From: a virus
DNA length: 6,141 bases
Strand: one strand, 5' to 3'
Virus record (IMG/VR): IMGVR_UViG_3300020030_000034
Location: 1-6,141 of that record
How positions within the stretch are numbered: the stretch's first letter is position 1; every line of letters begins with the position of its first letter. Position numbers and translations under genes: made by a program. Of this stretch, positions 1-5,656 are shown in pieces. The notes below the pieces were generated by a model, which was not told where the DNA came from, did not search any database, and saw only the letters and a list, made by a program, of their open reading frames with translations.

Positions 1-99
1 CAAGAAAATCACCAACGCCAGCAGATACGAATTTTCGCGTATAACGGCGATGTTGGAGGAGGCAAGATAAAGGTGTAAGGTTTCCATCTACGGTAACAT
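1..99. repeat. Terminal direct repeat, copy 1 (identical to 6043..6141); overlap from assembling a circular genome
   Basis: I compared the first 99 nt (caagaaaatcaccaacgcc...ctacggtaacat) base by base with the last 99 nt and they are identical. The Rep reading frame is continuous across the implied junction. Confidence 0.95.
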
Positions 100-685
100 A
101 TTTATCCGAAATTTCTTCGGGATTAAATTGAATTTGTTTAGTAACATACTTTACGCAGTAGCGGGCACGCTTGTGAGTTGCTTTCGCCAACCACACGAAA
201 CCAAGGTCACGGACAGCTGATCGGATCTCATTGTACATACAATCAGTTCCAAAGAGAAAACCATGGAAATGAAGGCGTGGAGCTGATCCTGTTTCTGGAT
301 GGGTGCCAAACTCCTGGAAAAACGCATGTTTAAAGGAGTGGCCGATCTTATGGCGAATACGCTCATTCCATCGTCGGATAAACTTAGAAGGCTCTAGCAA
401 TGCTTCATCGTAATACTTCGGTGATATTGTTATCGTAATAAAAATAGCCTGCCGAGACTCGGACTTACAGCAAGCAAGCTCACGCTCAAGACGAACAAAC
501 CAATCATTACGCAGACGACGCAAGCAGTCTTCACACTTTCCACAAGGAACCAACAGCCACTGGCGGGCGACGTCCCAGGGATAAAGAGCTAAAGCCGACT
601 TGGCGACATCAGAACCATCACGACAAGGGTTTTTCTTGTCGAAATAACGACGATTCCGTATCCATATGGGAGATGAGCAGGCCAT
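1..685 (-). CDS. VP4: Replication initiation protein (Microviridae VP4/Rep, HUH rolling-circle endonuclease), N-terminal part (aa 1-229). The ORF runs off the left edge and continues at 6042 by circular closure.
   Basis: Manual translation of the minus strand from the ATG at 683-685 gives MACSSPIWIRNRRYFDKKNPCRDG...LLVPCGKCEDCLRRLRNDW...AIFITITISPKYY...APRLHFHGFLFG...RARYCVKYVTKQ...FVSAGVGDFLG. It shows the microvirus Rep signatures: an M-x-C-x-x-P N-terminus, a PCGxCxxC cysteine cluster, motif I (FITIT), the HUH motif (HFHGFLF, His codons at 269-271 and 263-265) and motif III (YxxKY, Tyr codons at 158-160 and 146-148). There is no stop codon before the window edge, which explains why the ORF track omits it. 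Confidence 0.9.
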   Translation of the reverse strand, partial: MACSSPIWIRNRRYFDKKNPCRDGSDVAKSALALYPWDVARQWLLVPCGKCEDCLRRLRNDWFVRLERELACCKSESRQAIFITITISPKYYDEALLEPSKFIRRWNERIRHKIGHSFKHAFFQEFGTHPETGSAPRLHFHGFLFGTDCMYNEIRSAVRDLGFVWLAKATHKRARYCVKYVTKQIQFNPEEISDKYVTVDGNLTPLSCLLQHRRYTRKFVSAGVGDFL

Positions 686-885
686 TAAAAGATACTTTGA
701 AGACAATCGAACTTAATATAAGGGTTAGTACGGCGACAGCGAACAAGATAATCAATCGCAGGAATCTTGTCAGCAAACCAAGCGATAACGACGCGCTTTT
801 TGCCACGGTATGCGCCAATAGAGTAGCGATAAGAAATACTATTAACAATGGGGGAGAATCTAGGTCTGAAATCAAAATAATCCAT
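685..885 (-). CDS. Small basic hypothetical protein (66 aa) directly upstream of Rep, with stop and start overlapping
   Basis: It has an ATG start at 883-885 with an AT-rich leader. It contains 12 Arg/Lys against 5 Asp and no Glu. Its T-ending codon bias matches the other minus-strand genes. Its TAA stop (685-687) shares base 685 with the Rep ATG (TAATG). Confidence 0.55.
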   Translation of the reverse strand: MDYFDFRPRFSPIVNSISYRYSIGAYRGKKRVVIAWFADKIPAIDYLVRCRRTNPYIKFDCLQSIF

Positions 886-926
886 AATCTAAAAATATTA
901 CTTAACGACAATTACTACGTTTCGCC

Positions 927-968
927 GGCCGACAGCCTTAACGGCTGGGACGCTACGCGTCTTCGGCC
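927..968. other. Compact three-way-junction DNA/RNA fold in the non-coding region
   Basis: The outer stem is ggccga (927-932) paired with tcggcc (963-968). It encloses two hairpins: cagcc (933-937)/ggctg (943-947) with loop ttaac, and gacgc (949-953)/gcgtc (957-961) with loop tac. Single-nucleotide linkers sit at 948 and 962. A further hairpin, accgg (996-1000)/ccggt (1005-1009) with loop taaa, lies just beyond it. Confidence 0.5.
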
Positions 969-1010
969 TCCGTGGCTCCACTTCGTTTGAGATATACCGG
1001 TAAACCGGTG

Positions 1011-1050
1011 AACAAAAAAGAACCCGCAGGAGGGGGGGAATCTCCTGGGG
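1011..1050 (-). terminator. Rho-independent-type terminator (GC stem-loop followed by a T-tract) downstream of the 107-aa ORF
   Basis: The minus strand reads CCCCAGGAG-attcccccc-CTCCTGCGGG followed by TTCTTTTTTGTT. This gives a 9-bp stem with one bulged C and a 9-nt loop, followed directly by the T-run (plus-strand coordinates 1011-1022). It lies 47 nt after the ORF stop at 1097. Confidence 0.5.
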
Positions 1051-1096
1051 CTCAGCGAGTTAAAGGACTCTTCCACCAAGCGGGCGGGTCACTACT

Positions 1097-1420
1097 CTAG
1101 TGCCCTTCCCCTTCTTCTTTCGACGAGCTTTCATTGTGAGTCAAATCAGTGCTAAAAATAAGAATAAGTGTATTATCAAAGAAATCAATCGAAAAGTCGG
1201 GATACGCAATCAGGGCCTCTATAAGGCTAGGAATTTGACAATGATTGATATAAGGCGAAGCGGAGATACTAGAATGTTCTACAAACTCAGGAACGGGAGT
1301 ATGTTCAAGAACATCAAGAGGCAATGTCGAAAATTGTTCATCTTTAATACAGCCTACCTGAACAAAATCGACCTTAAGAGCCGGATTAATACGGCGGAAA
1401 ACGATATGAACCTGTGTCAT
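1097..1420 (-). CDS. Hypothetical protein, 107 aa, acidic, no recognisable motif
   Basis: It is an ATG-initiated ORF on the same strand as all the other genes. Its T-ending codon bias (GTT, CTT, GAT, CCT, ATT) matches VP1. It has an AT-rich leader and lies 23 nt after the preceding ORF. I judge the antisense ORF at 1100..1435 to be a shadow of this one. Confidence 0.55.
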   Translation of the reverse strand: MTQVHIVFRRINPALKVDFVQVGCIKDEQFSTLPLDVLEHTPVPEFVEHSSISASPYINHCQIPSLIEALIAYPDFSIDFFDNTLILIFSTDLTHNESSSKEEGEGH

Positions 1421-1443
1421 AATAATATAATTTAATGTTTTAG

Positions 1444-1749
1444 TTAAAGTTCATTGTAAAAACACTTCCAGGCGTCGGAATGCTTAACCCAGAATTCGTA
1501 ACCCTCAGGAGTTGAATCAAACAGAAAAGCAGCGGAGATAAGAGACTCAGGGCCAAGGCTAGGCGAACAATAGACATATCGGATTAAATCACGCAAACAG
1601 TCTCGAAAGGTTTTCCGAGGCGTAACGGGGAGGCTATAGTTCGCCCTATAGGCGGTAAATATTCCTCGACGGATAAGCCACTCAACGAATGCATATTCTA
1701 CAACATCAATCGCCAGCTTGTCGACTTTGGAACTTTTGCTCTTTTTCAT
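1444..1749 (-). CDS. Hypothetical protein, 101 aa, with a basic N-terminus and an aromatic-rich C-terminus (…FDSTPEGYEFWVKHSDAWKCFYNEL)
   Basis: It is an ATG-initiated ORF on the gene strand. It is preceded by a 72-nt T-rich intergenic spacer that contains a promoter-like motif. I cannot assign a family from memory. Confidence 0.6.
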   Translation of the reverse strand: MKKSKSSKVDKLAIDVVEYAFVEWLIRRGIFTAYRANYSLPVTPRKTFRDCLRDLIRYVYCSPSLGPESLISAAFLFDSTPEGYEFWVKHSDAWKCFYNEL

Positions 1750-1775
1750 AAAAATACGGTTATTGGTTTACAGCG

Positions 1776-1807
1776 CAAATATAACAACAAAAAATCTAAA
1801 ATACAAA
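1776..1807 (-). promoter_or_regulatory. Candidate Bacteroidetes-type promoter (-33 TTTG / -7 TAnnTTTG)
   Basis: The minus strand reads TTTG (1807-1804), then a 20-nt spacer, then TATATTTG (1783-1776). This matches the Bacteroides sigma-AB consensus in both sequence and spacing. It sits in the only long AT-rich intergenic spacer (1750-1821), 27 nt upstream of the ATG at 1749. Confidence 0.4.
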
Positions 1808-1821
1808 AAAAATCAACAATC

Positions 1822-3195
1822 CTAATGAAACTTTCGAGTAGTATTGTATGAGCTCGAGTGAGTGCCGCGAGTCATCTCTGTTTTAGCGTAACCGACAAGA
1901 TTTCCTTTCGAGTCGTAACGAGTTGTGAGTGAAGAACCAGCGGAATTGCTGGAAGAACCGCCAGCGGAAATAGTGCCAGCGGCACGAGACATCCCACCTC
2001 GTATAATACCAGCGCCGGCAACGCTACCCGCAACACTAACCAAAGCTTTTGAGATTTCAATATACGGGTCAAGTTTTGCGTTACGAAGGGCAATGCGAGC
2101 CTGTTCGGGAAGAAACTCAGAAGCATTCGCCTGATTTATAACGGTCTTATCGTAAAAGTCTTTAAGAGACATCGAAACCTTAAAAGATCTAGAGCCAGGA
2201 TTACCGCGAGTAATAGGATTAGAACTACGAAGATTATTTTCGTACTGAGGATTCGGAATTTCAATATCAAAGCGCTTATCCCAATTACGCGAAAGCTCAT
2301 AGGCAGAATCAAGATTATTGAGACGAAGAGATTCAATCACCTCACGAGACTGCTCGCCAAGAATCTGATTGAGTACGCCCTGGGTGTTCATCATGAAGGC
2401 CTGAGCAGACATGAGTGCACCCAAATTATCGTTCTCAATACCCAAACGCTTAACTAATGCAGCAACATAAGCGGCTTGATTCTTCTTTTCATCAACGGAA
2501 CTCAGAAGAGTGGTATCGGAGATAAATCGATTATTCTTTTCTATATCCTCTTGAACCTTAAGAACATCACGAGCGGCTAGATTATGTTTAGTGATAGCAT
2601 CATCAAGAGCTACACGGGCGTGAGCCATAGCAGTATAAAGTTGATTGCCAACATTCTGGTCATCAATAGAACGAGCCTCCGCCTCATCACGATCAGCGGC
2701 AGCCTTATTGCGCTCAATGGTCGAATTGATACCCATGGCATCAAGGGCAACTCCAGCAGCGGAAGAGCCAACGCCAGGAGGCAGAGGGCTGGAGAAGTCA
2801 AAAGAACCACCGGAAGGGCCAGAAGCGCCTACAGAACCAGCAGAGCCGCCGGACATGGTAGCGTTGACGCCAACGCCCGAAGAGCCAAGAACAGCAGCGG
2901 GCGAAATACCGGCTTTAAGATAACGGTTAAAAACCTTCGAAGGGTCGTTGTAGGCGTTCTCATAGTCAAACTGCTTTTGCCAGTTAGCATAATTAATCTC
3001 GCCTTGTTTCTGCATCTGTTCAAGGGCATACTGCTGCTGCAATTTCATCTGCTTCTGCTGGTACTTCCACTGACGCTTCAAACTAGGCTTGAAAAGACTG
3101 GAGGCGACCTGACCGCCAGCGGAAATACCGGCAGCTCCAAGTATAGCACCCGTGGAGATGGGCTCGACGTAGGACTTAAAATCAATGAGTTGCAT
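1822..3195 (-). CDS. VP2: Minor capsid / DNA pilot protein (Microviridae VP2, analogue of phiX174 H), 457 aa
   Basis: The N-terminal region reads ...QQKQMKLQQQYALEQMQKQGEINYANWQKQFDYENAYNDPSKVFNRYLKAGISPAAVLG. It has the Q-rich helical segment and the R-x-x-x-AG-(L/I)-(N/S)-P motif typical of VP2. It also has Gly/Ser-rich tracts, a central coiled-coil-like region, and the expected size and position for VP2. Confidence 0.8.
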   Translation of the reverse strand: MQLIDFKSYVEPISTGAILGAAGISAGGQVASSLFKPSLKRQWKYQQKQMKLQQQYALEQMQKQGEINYANWQKQFDYENAYNDPSKVFNRYLKAGISPAAVLGSSGVGVNATMSGGSAGSVGASGPSGGSFDFSSPLPPGVGSSAAGVALDAMGINSTIERNKAAADRDEAEARSIDDQNVGNQLYTAMAHARVALDDAITKHNLAARDVLKVQEDIEKNNRFISDTTLLSSVDEKKNQAAYVAALVKRLGIENDNLGALMSAQAFMMNTQGVLNQILGEQSREVIESLRLNNLDSAYELSRNWDKRFDIEIPNPQYENNLRSSNPITRGNPGSRSFKVSMSLKDFYDKTVINQANASEFLPEQARIALRNAKLDPYIEISKALVSVAGSVAGAGIIRGGMSRAAGTISAGGSSSNSAGSSLTTRYDSKGNLVGYAKTEMTRGTHSSSYNTTRKFH

Positions 3196-3196
3196 A

Positions 3197-3388
3197 TTAC
3201 GGAAGCGTAAAGTTGTTCGAGCGAATAATGTAGTCTACACGAACAGTATCAATATGAACACCTGCTCGAGCAATCTTAGCTTGCGCAGAACACGAAGCGA
3301 GAAAAAAGGCAGCCAACGCAGCAACGATAGACGAGACAAGCGTCCAAAACGCCTTCGACTTATAAAACGGTTGTTTGATATCAGACAT
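3197..3388 (-). CDS. Small predicted lipoprotein or membrane protein, 63 aa (alternative upstream ATG at 3499 would give 100 aa)
   Basis: The sequence is MSDIKQPFYKSKAFWTLVSSIVAALAAFFLASCSAQAKIARAGVHIDTVRVDYIIRSNNFTLP. It has a positively charged n-region (K5, K10, K12), a hydrophobic core of about 18 aa, and the lipobox L-A-S-C with Cys33. Cleavage there would leave a 31-aa mature peptide. The stop at 3197-3199 lies 1 nt before the VP2 ATG. Confidence 0.6.
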   Translation of the reverse strand: MSDIKQPFYKSKAFWTLVSSIVAALAAFFLASCSAQAKIARAGVHIDTVRVDYIIRSNNFTLP

Positions 3389-3521
3389 AGTAGTAGAATT
3401 TAAAGAACGATAGAAAAATACGCGGCCTCTCCCGCAGTCGTTACCAATAACCTCTAGCAATTCACGAACTCTTGCAAGAGGGGTCCGCGCACGTAGCATA
3501 TATCGTCAAGTAAAGGATATA

Positions 3522-3818
3522 CTATTTTTCTTCAGGATCAGAGGGATTCGAAGTAGGTTTAGCCTTATCGATCATTGAATCAATAAGTTCCTGTCCAACT
3601 TCGAGACCGTCAAACTTATCCATTCGGGAAAACGAATTAGGATCAAAGTCGATATCAGGGTTAAACTTCTCGCCCTTCTCAAAATCAGAAGGCTCGACCG
3701 TCACGTCCGGACGGCCAGGGAGAACATCAACAGAACCTGAGCCATCAAGGACAGACAAAATACGCTGACCACGAGAAATATAATCTTCGCGATCTTCAAT
3801 CATCCAATCTAATGCCAT
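3522..3818 (-). CDS. Acidic 98-aa protein directly downstream of VP1; possible internal scaffolding protein (VP3-like), function uncertain
   Basis: It is an ATG-initiated ORF 11 nt after the VP1 stop. It is very rich in Asp/Glu (…EDREDY…EPSDFEKGEKFNPDIDFDPNSF…DPEEK). The functional call rests only on position and charge. Confidence 0.65.
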   Translation of the reverse strand: MALDWMIEDREDYISRGQRILSVLDGSGSVDVLPGRPDVTVEPSDFEKGEKFNPDIDFDPNSFSRMDKFDGLEVGQELIDSMIDKAKPTSNPSDPEEK

Positions 3819-3829
3819 AAAATGTAATA

Positions 3830-5653
3830 TTAACGGTTAGACAAACGGGTTGCAAAGGTTTTATTAATAAGATTCTTCTTCTGGACAGCATAAGACATAT
3901 TCACAAAGAAATTGTCCTCTGCATTGGAAAGAAAAGGAGAATTAACCTGCGACAAATCGACAAAAAGGGCAGGCGCATAATCAGCCTTCGAAGGCCAATA
4001 GGCGCTCCAATTCAACTGACGCTGCTGCACCCAATAAGCATAAAGAGCTCGACCGCCAACATTTCCAGCGGTACAAGAAATTTGACCTAAAACCTCATCA
4101 TAAGAGGACCGAAACTCATTAAAGCAGGGCTCTTGCGAGAAAGTCGTCTCGACGACACCGCCAACAAGATTACCGAAACGCCAATTAGGTACGCTCTGAT
4201 ACCCTATGTCATTGTAGATTGGATTGAAATAATCAGAACCTCGATAATTCAAGTAGTCAGGCTTAATCTGCGACCAGAAATAAACAGGTCGAATACTCAG
4301 CATATCAATCAAATAACCAGGTTCGCGGAAGTAATAAGACTGTCGGCGACCAAGACGATCATTAAAGGCGATAGCACCTCCCTGCTGGCCAAGGGGACCC
4401 ATGGACGAATCGCCGCCAAAGTTGTTGAATCCAGCTTGATTCATAATAACCTGTACGTTAATAGTCTGAGAAGCGCTAAAGAGAAGTTTCGGGCGATCAA
4501 CGTGCTCAATTTTAGAGGCAAAAAAAGTCTCCAGCCAATCACTATAGCGAGAGCCGCCAGCGCCAAGCAAATCCTTATATTCCTGGAGACGAGAAGCAAT
4601 AGCCAACTGCGGAATGGTTTGAACGCCAGTCATCGAAACAGCAGAACTACTACCAATAGGAAGGAGCCGACTAAATCGATCAGGATTAGACGGGATGACG
4701 GCTAGCGGATGAGCAAGATTGAAAATAATAGGCTCAGCGAGACCCTTTGTATCGTCGCACGAACTAAATTGATCAAGGGGAGCCATCGTTCCCCAGATAT
4801 GAAGCGCGGTTGGTTGAGACGAAACCGGATAGCCGTCACCGGAAGCACCAGCAGCAGAACCAGAAGAGGAAATATCGGAGGCGATAATCTGCCGAAGCAA
4901 AGCAGAGCGACAATAGGTATTATTGGAAGACCCTACAGCTGCGGGATAAAATTGACTCTCGAAATAAGCATCAAGGAACTCAAGATTACCATAACGTTGA
5001 GTAAAATACGAGTCCGAAGCATTCGAATTAAAAACGTAGGTGCCATTGGAGGAGGTAGAGCGGTTTGTTACGGTATAATACCAAGAAGCGGGCCAAGCAA
5101 AGGAATAGAGTCCCCACTGCGAATAGCCGTAATAATTTCGAACGATATCCCAATAAGCAAGATACGTATCAGCGTTAGCCCAAATACCTCCTGTAACACT
5201 CGAAGGGAGGACAACGCCGGAAGTTGAGGCAGGCGTAGTAAAATCAACCGAACGGTTAGACACGCGCAGCCAATACATAAGCGAATTAGGGAAGGTTGAA
5301 GTAACAGCAGGAGTCGCGCCAGACGAAGGGATTCCTGGAACTGCGTTGATCCAATTAAGACTCAAGCCATTCATGTCGAACTTGCTGCTATTCGTTCGAA
5401 GTTCAGGATGATACAACTGAAGCGGCACCCAAAAACGGTGGAGTCGAATAGTATAAGGGTTAAATGTCGGAACAGCAAGCGGATTACTCCGAACGTCAAT
5501 GCCTTGCTCAATAGACACACGATCACGAGCGTTAATAAAATCGATTCGCACCGGATACAGAATACCCGGTGTGCACGTAAAGGCCTTACTCTCAGGAACA
5601 TCATAACGAGAGTAGCCATTTACGGCGTGTGAGATAAAAGGTTGTTTTCCCAT
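3830..5653 (-). CDS. VP1: Major capsid protein (Microviridae VP1 / F family), 607 aa
   Basis: It is the largest ORF. The N-terminus reads ...YDVPESKAFTCTPGILYPVRIDFINARDRVSIEQGIDVRSNPLAVPTFNPYTIRLHRFWVPLQLY, which matches the conserved microvirus VP1 pattern (G-x-L-x-P, then ...R..P...P, then h-x-F-(F/W)-V-P-x-(R/Q)). The C-terminal half is aromatic-rich and consistent with a jelly-roll fold. The ATG lies 3 nt after the Rep stop. Confidence 0.93.
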   Translation of the reverse strand: MGKQPFISHAVNGYSRYDVPESKAFTCTPGILYPVRIDFINARDRVSIEQGIDVRSNPLAVPTFNPYTIRLHRFWVPLQLYHPELRTNSSKFDMNGLSLNWINAVPGIPSSGATPAVTSTFPNSLMYWLRVSNRSVDFTTPASTSGVVLPSSVTGGIWANADTYLAYWDIVRNYYGYSQWGLYSFAWPASWYYTVTNRSTSSNGTYVFNSNASDSYFTQRYGNLEFLDAYFESQFYPAAVGSSNNTYCRSALLRQIIASDISSSGSAAGASGDGYPVSSQPTALHIWGTMAPLDQFSSCDDTKGLAEPIIFNLAHPLAVIPSNPDRFSRLLPIGSSSAVSMTGVQTIPQLAIASRLQEYKDLLGAGGSRYSDWLETFFASKIEHVDRPKLLFSASQTINVQVIMNQAGFNNFGGDSSMGPLGQQGGAIAFNDRLGRRQSYYFREPGYLIDMLSIRPVYFWSQIKPDYLNYRGSDYFNPIYNDIGYQSVPNWRFGNLVGGVVETTFSQEPCFNEFRSSYDEVLGQISCTAGNVGGRALYAYWVQQRQLNWSAYWPSKADYAPALFVDLSQVNSPFLSNAEDNFFVNMSYAVQKKNLINKTFATRLSNR

Positions 5654-5656
5654 AAA

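Noticed and set aside
151-366. 71-aa minus-strand track ORF
   Set aside because: It lies entirely inside Rep in a different frame. The Rep frame carries the HUH and YxxKY motifs across these same bases, so this is an off-frame by-product.
618-911. 97-aa very hydrophobic minus-strand ORF overlapping the 66-aa ORF and the Rep start (considered as a phiX174 E/K-like overlapping membrane gene)
   Set aside because: Its first codon is TTG (plus-strand caa at 909-911), not ATG. It has no internal ATG near the start. Hydrophobic off-frame ORFs are expected on a T-rich coding strand. There is no independent support.
886-926. TATTTTTA just upstream of the 66-aa ORF, considered as the -7 promoter box for the main operon
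   Set aside because: It has an imperfect -7 (the final G is replaced by A). No correctly spaced TTTG lies upstream. It would leave almost no leader before the ATG. The evidence is too weak to annotate.
673-990. 105-aa plus-strand ORF
   Set aside because: It is antisense to the 66-aa ORF and the Rep start, and it extends into the hairpin-rich non-coding region. It is the only plus-strand candidate in a genome otherwise coded entirely on one strand, and it has no convincing start context.
1100-1435. 111-aa plus-strand ORF rich in Lys/Arg/Asn
   Set aside because: It is a mirror image of the minus-strand 107-aa ORF. The minus frame shares the T-ending codon bias and strand of all other genes, whereas the plus frame has an A-rich, low-complexity composition typical of an antisense shadow.
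1415-1445. AT-rich gene junctions scanned for a dif-like XerC/XerD site (one proposed integration route for Bacteroidetes microvirus proviruses), and the whole window scanned for an integrase, tRNA, CRISPR repeats or IS ends
   Set aside because: I could not recognise a convincing dif-like 28-mer by eye. There is no integrase-sized ORF, no tRNA-like cloverleaf, and no spaced repeat array. The only long repeat is the 99-nt terminal overlap.
1925-3210. Plus-strand ORFs (69, 92 and 208 aa) and small minus-strand off-frame ORFs within VP2
   Set aside because: They are antisense or off-frame shadows of the 457-aa VP2 gene. Their Pro/Arg/Ala-rich or Leu-rich low-complexity products reflect the repetitive GC-rich codons of the Gly/Ser tracts.
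3197-3499. The 100-aa version of the lipoprotein-like ORF starting at the ATG at 3497-3499
   Set aside because: I did not prefer it because the extra 37 residues would place the signal peptide internally, and they overlap the palindromic GC-rich spacer. The ATG at 3386-3388 gives a canonical n-h-c signal layout. This remains unresolved rather than disproved.
3611-3618. Second TAnnTTTG match (minus-strand TAAGTTTG) inside the 98-aa ORF, considered as an internal promoter for the lipoprotein and VP2
   Set aside because: The nearest upstream TTTG is 25 nt away, which is outside the usual 19-21 nt spacing. The match is intragenic, and a motif with only six fixed bases is expected to occur by chance in a window of this size.
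4133-5632. Plus-strand ORFs of 190, 172 and 74 aa, and an 82-aa minus-strand off-frame ORF, all inside VP1
   Set aside because: They overlap the strongly supported VP1 frame. Their Arg/Ile/Asn/Ser-rich composition is typical of antisense translation, and no start signals are present.
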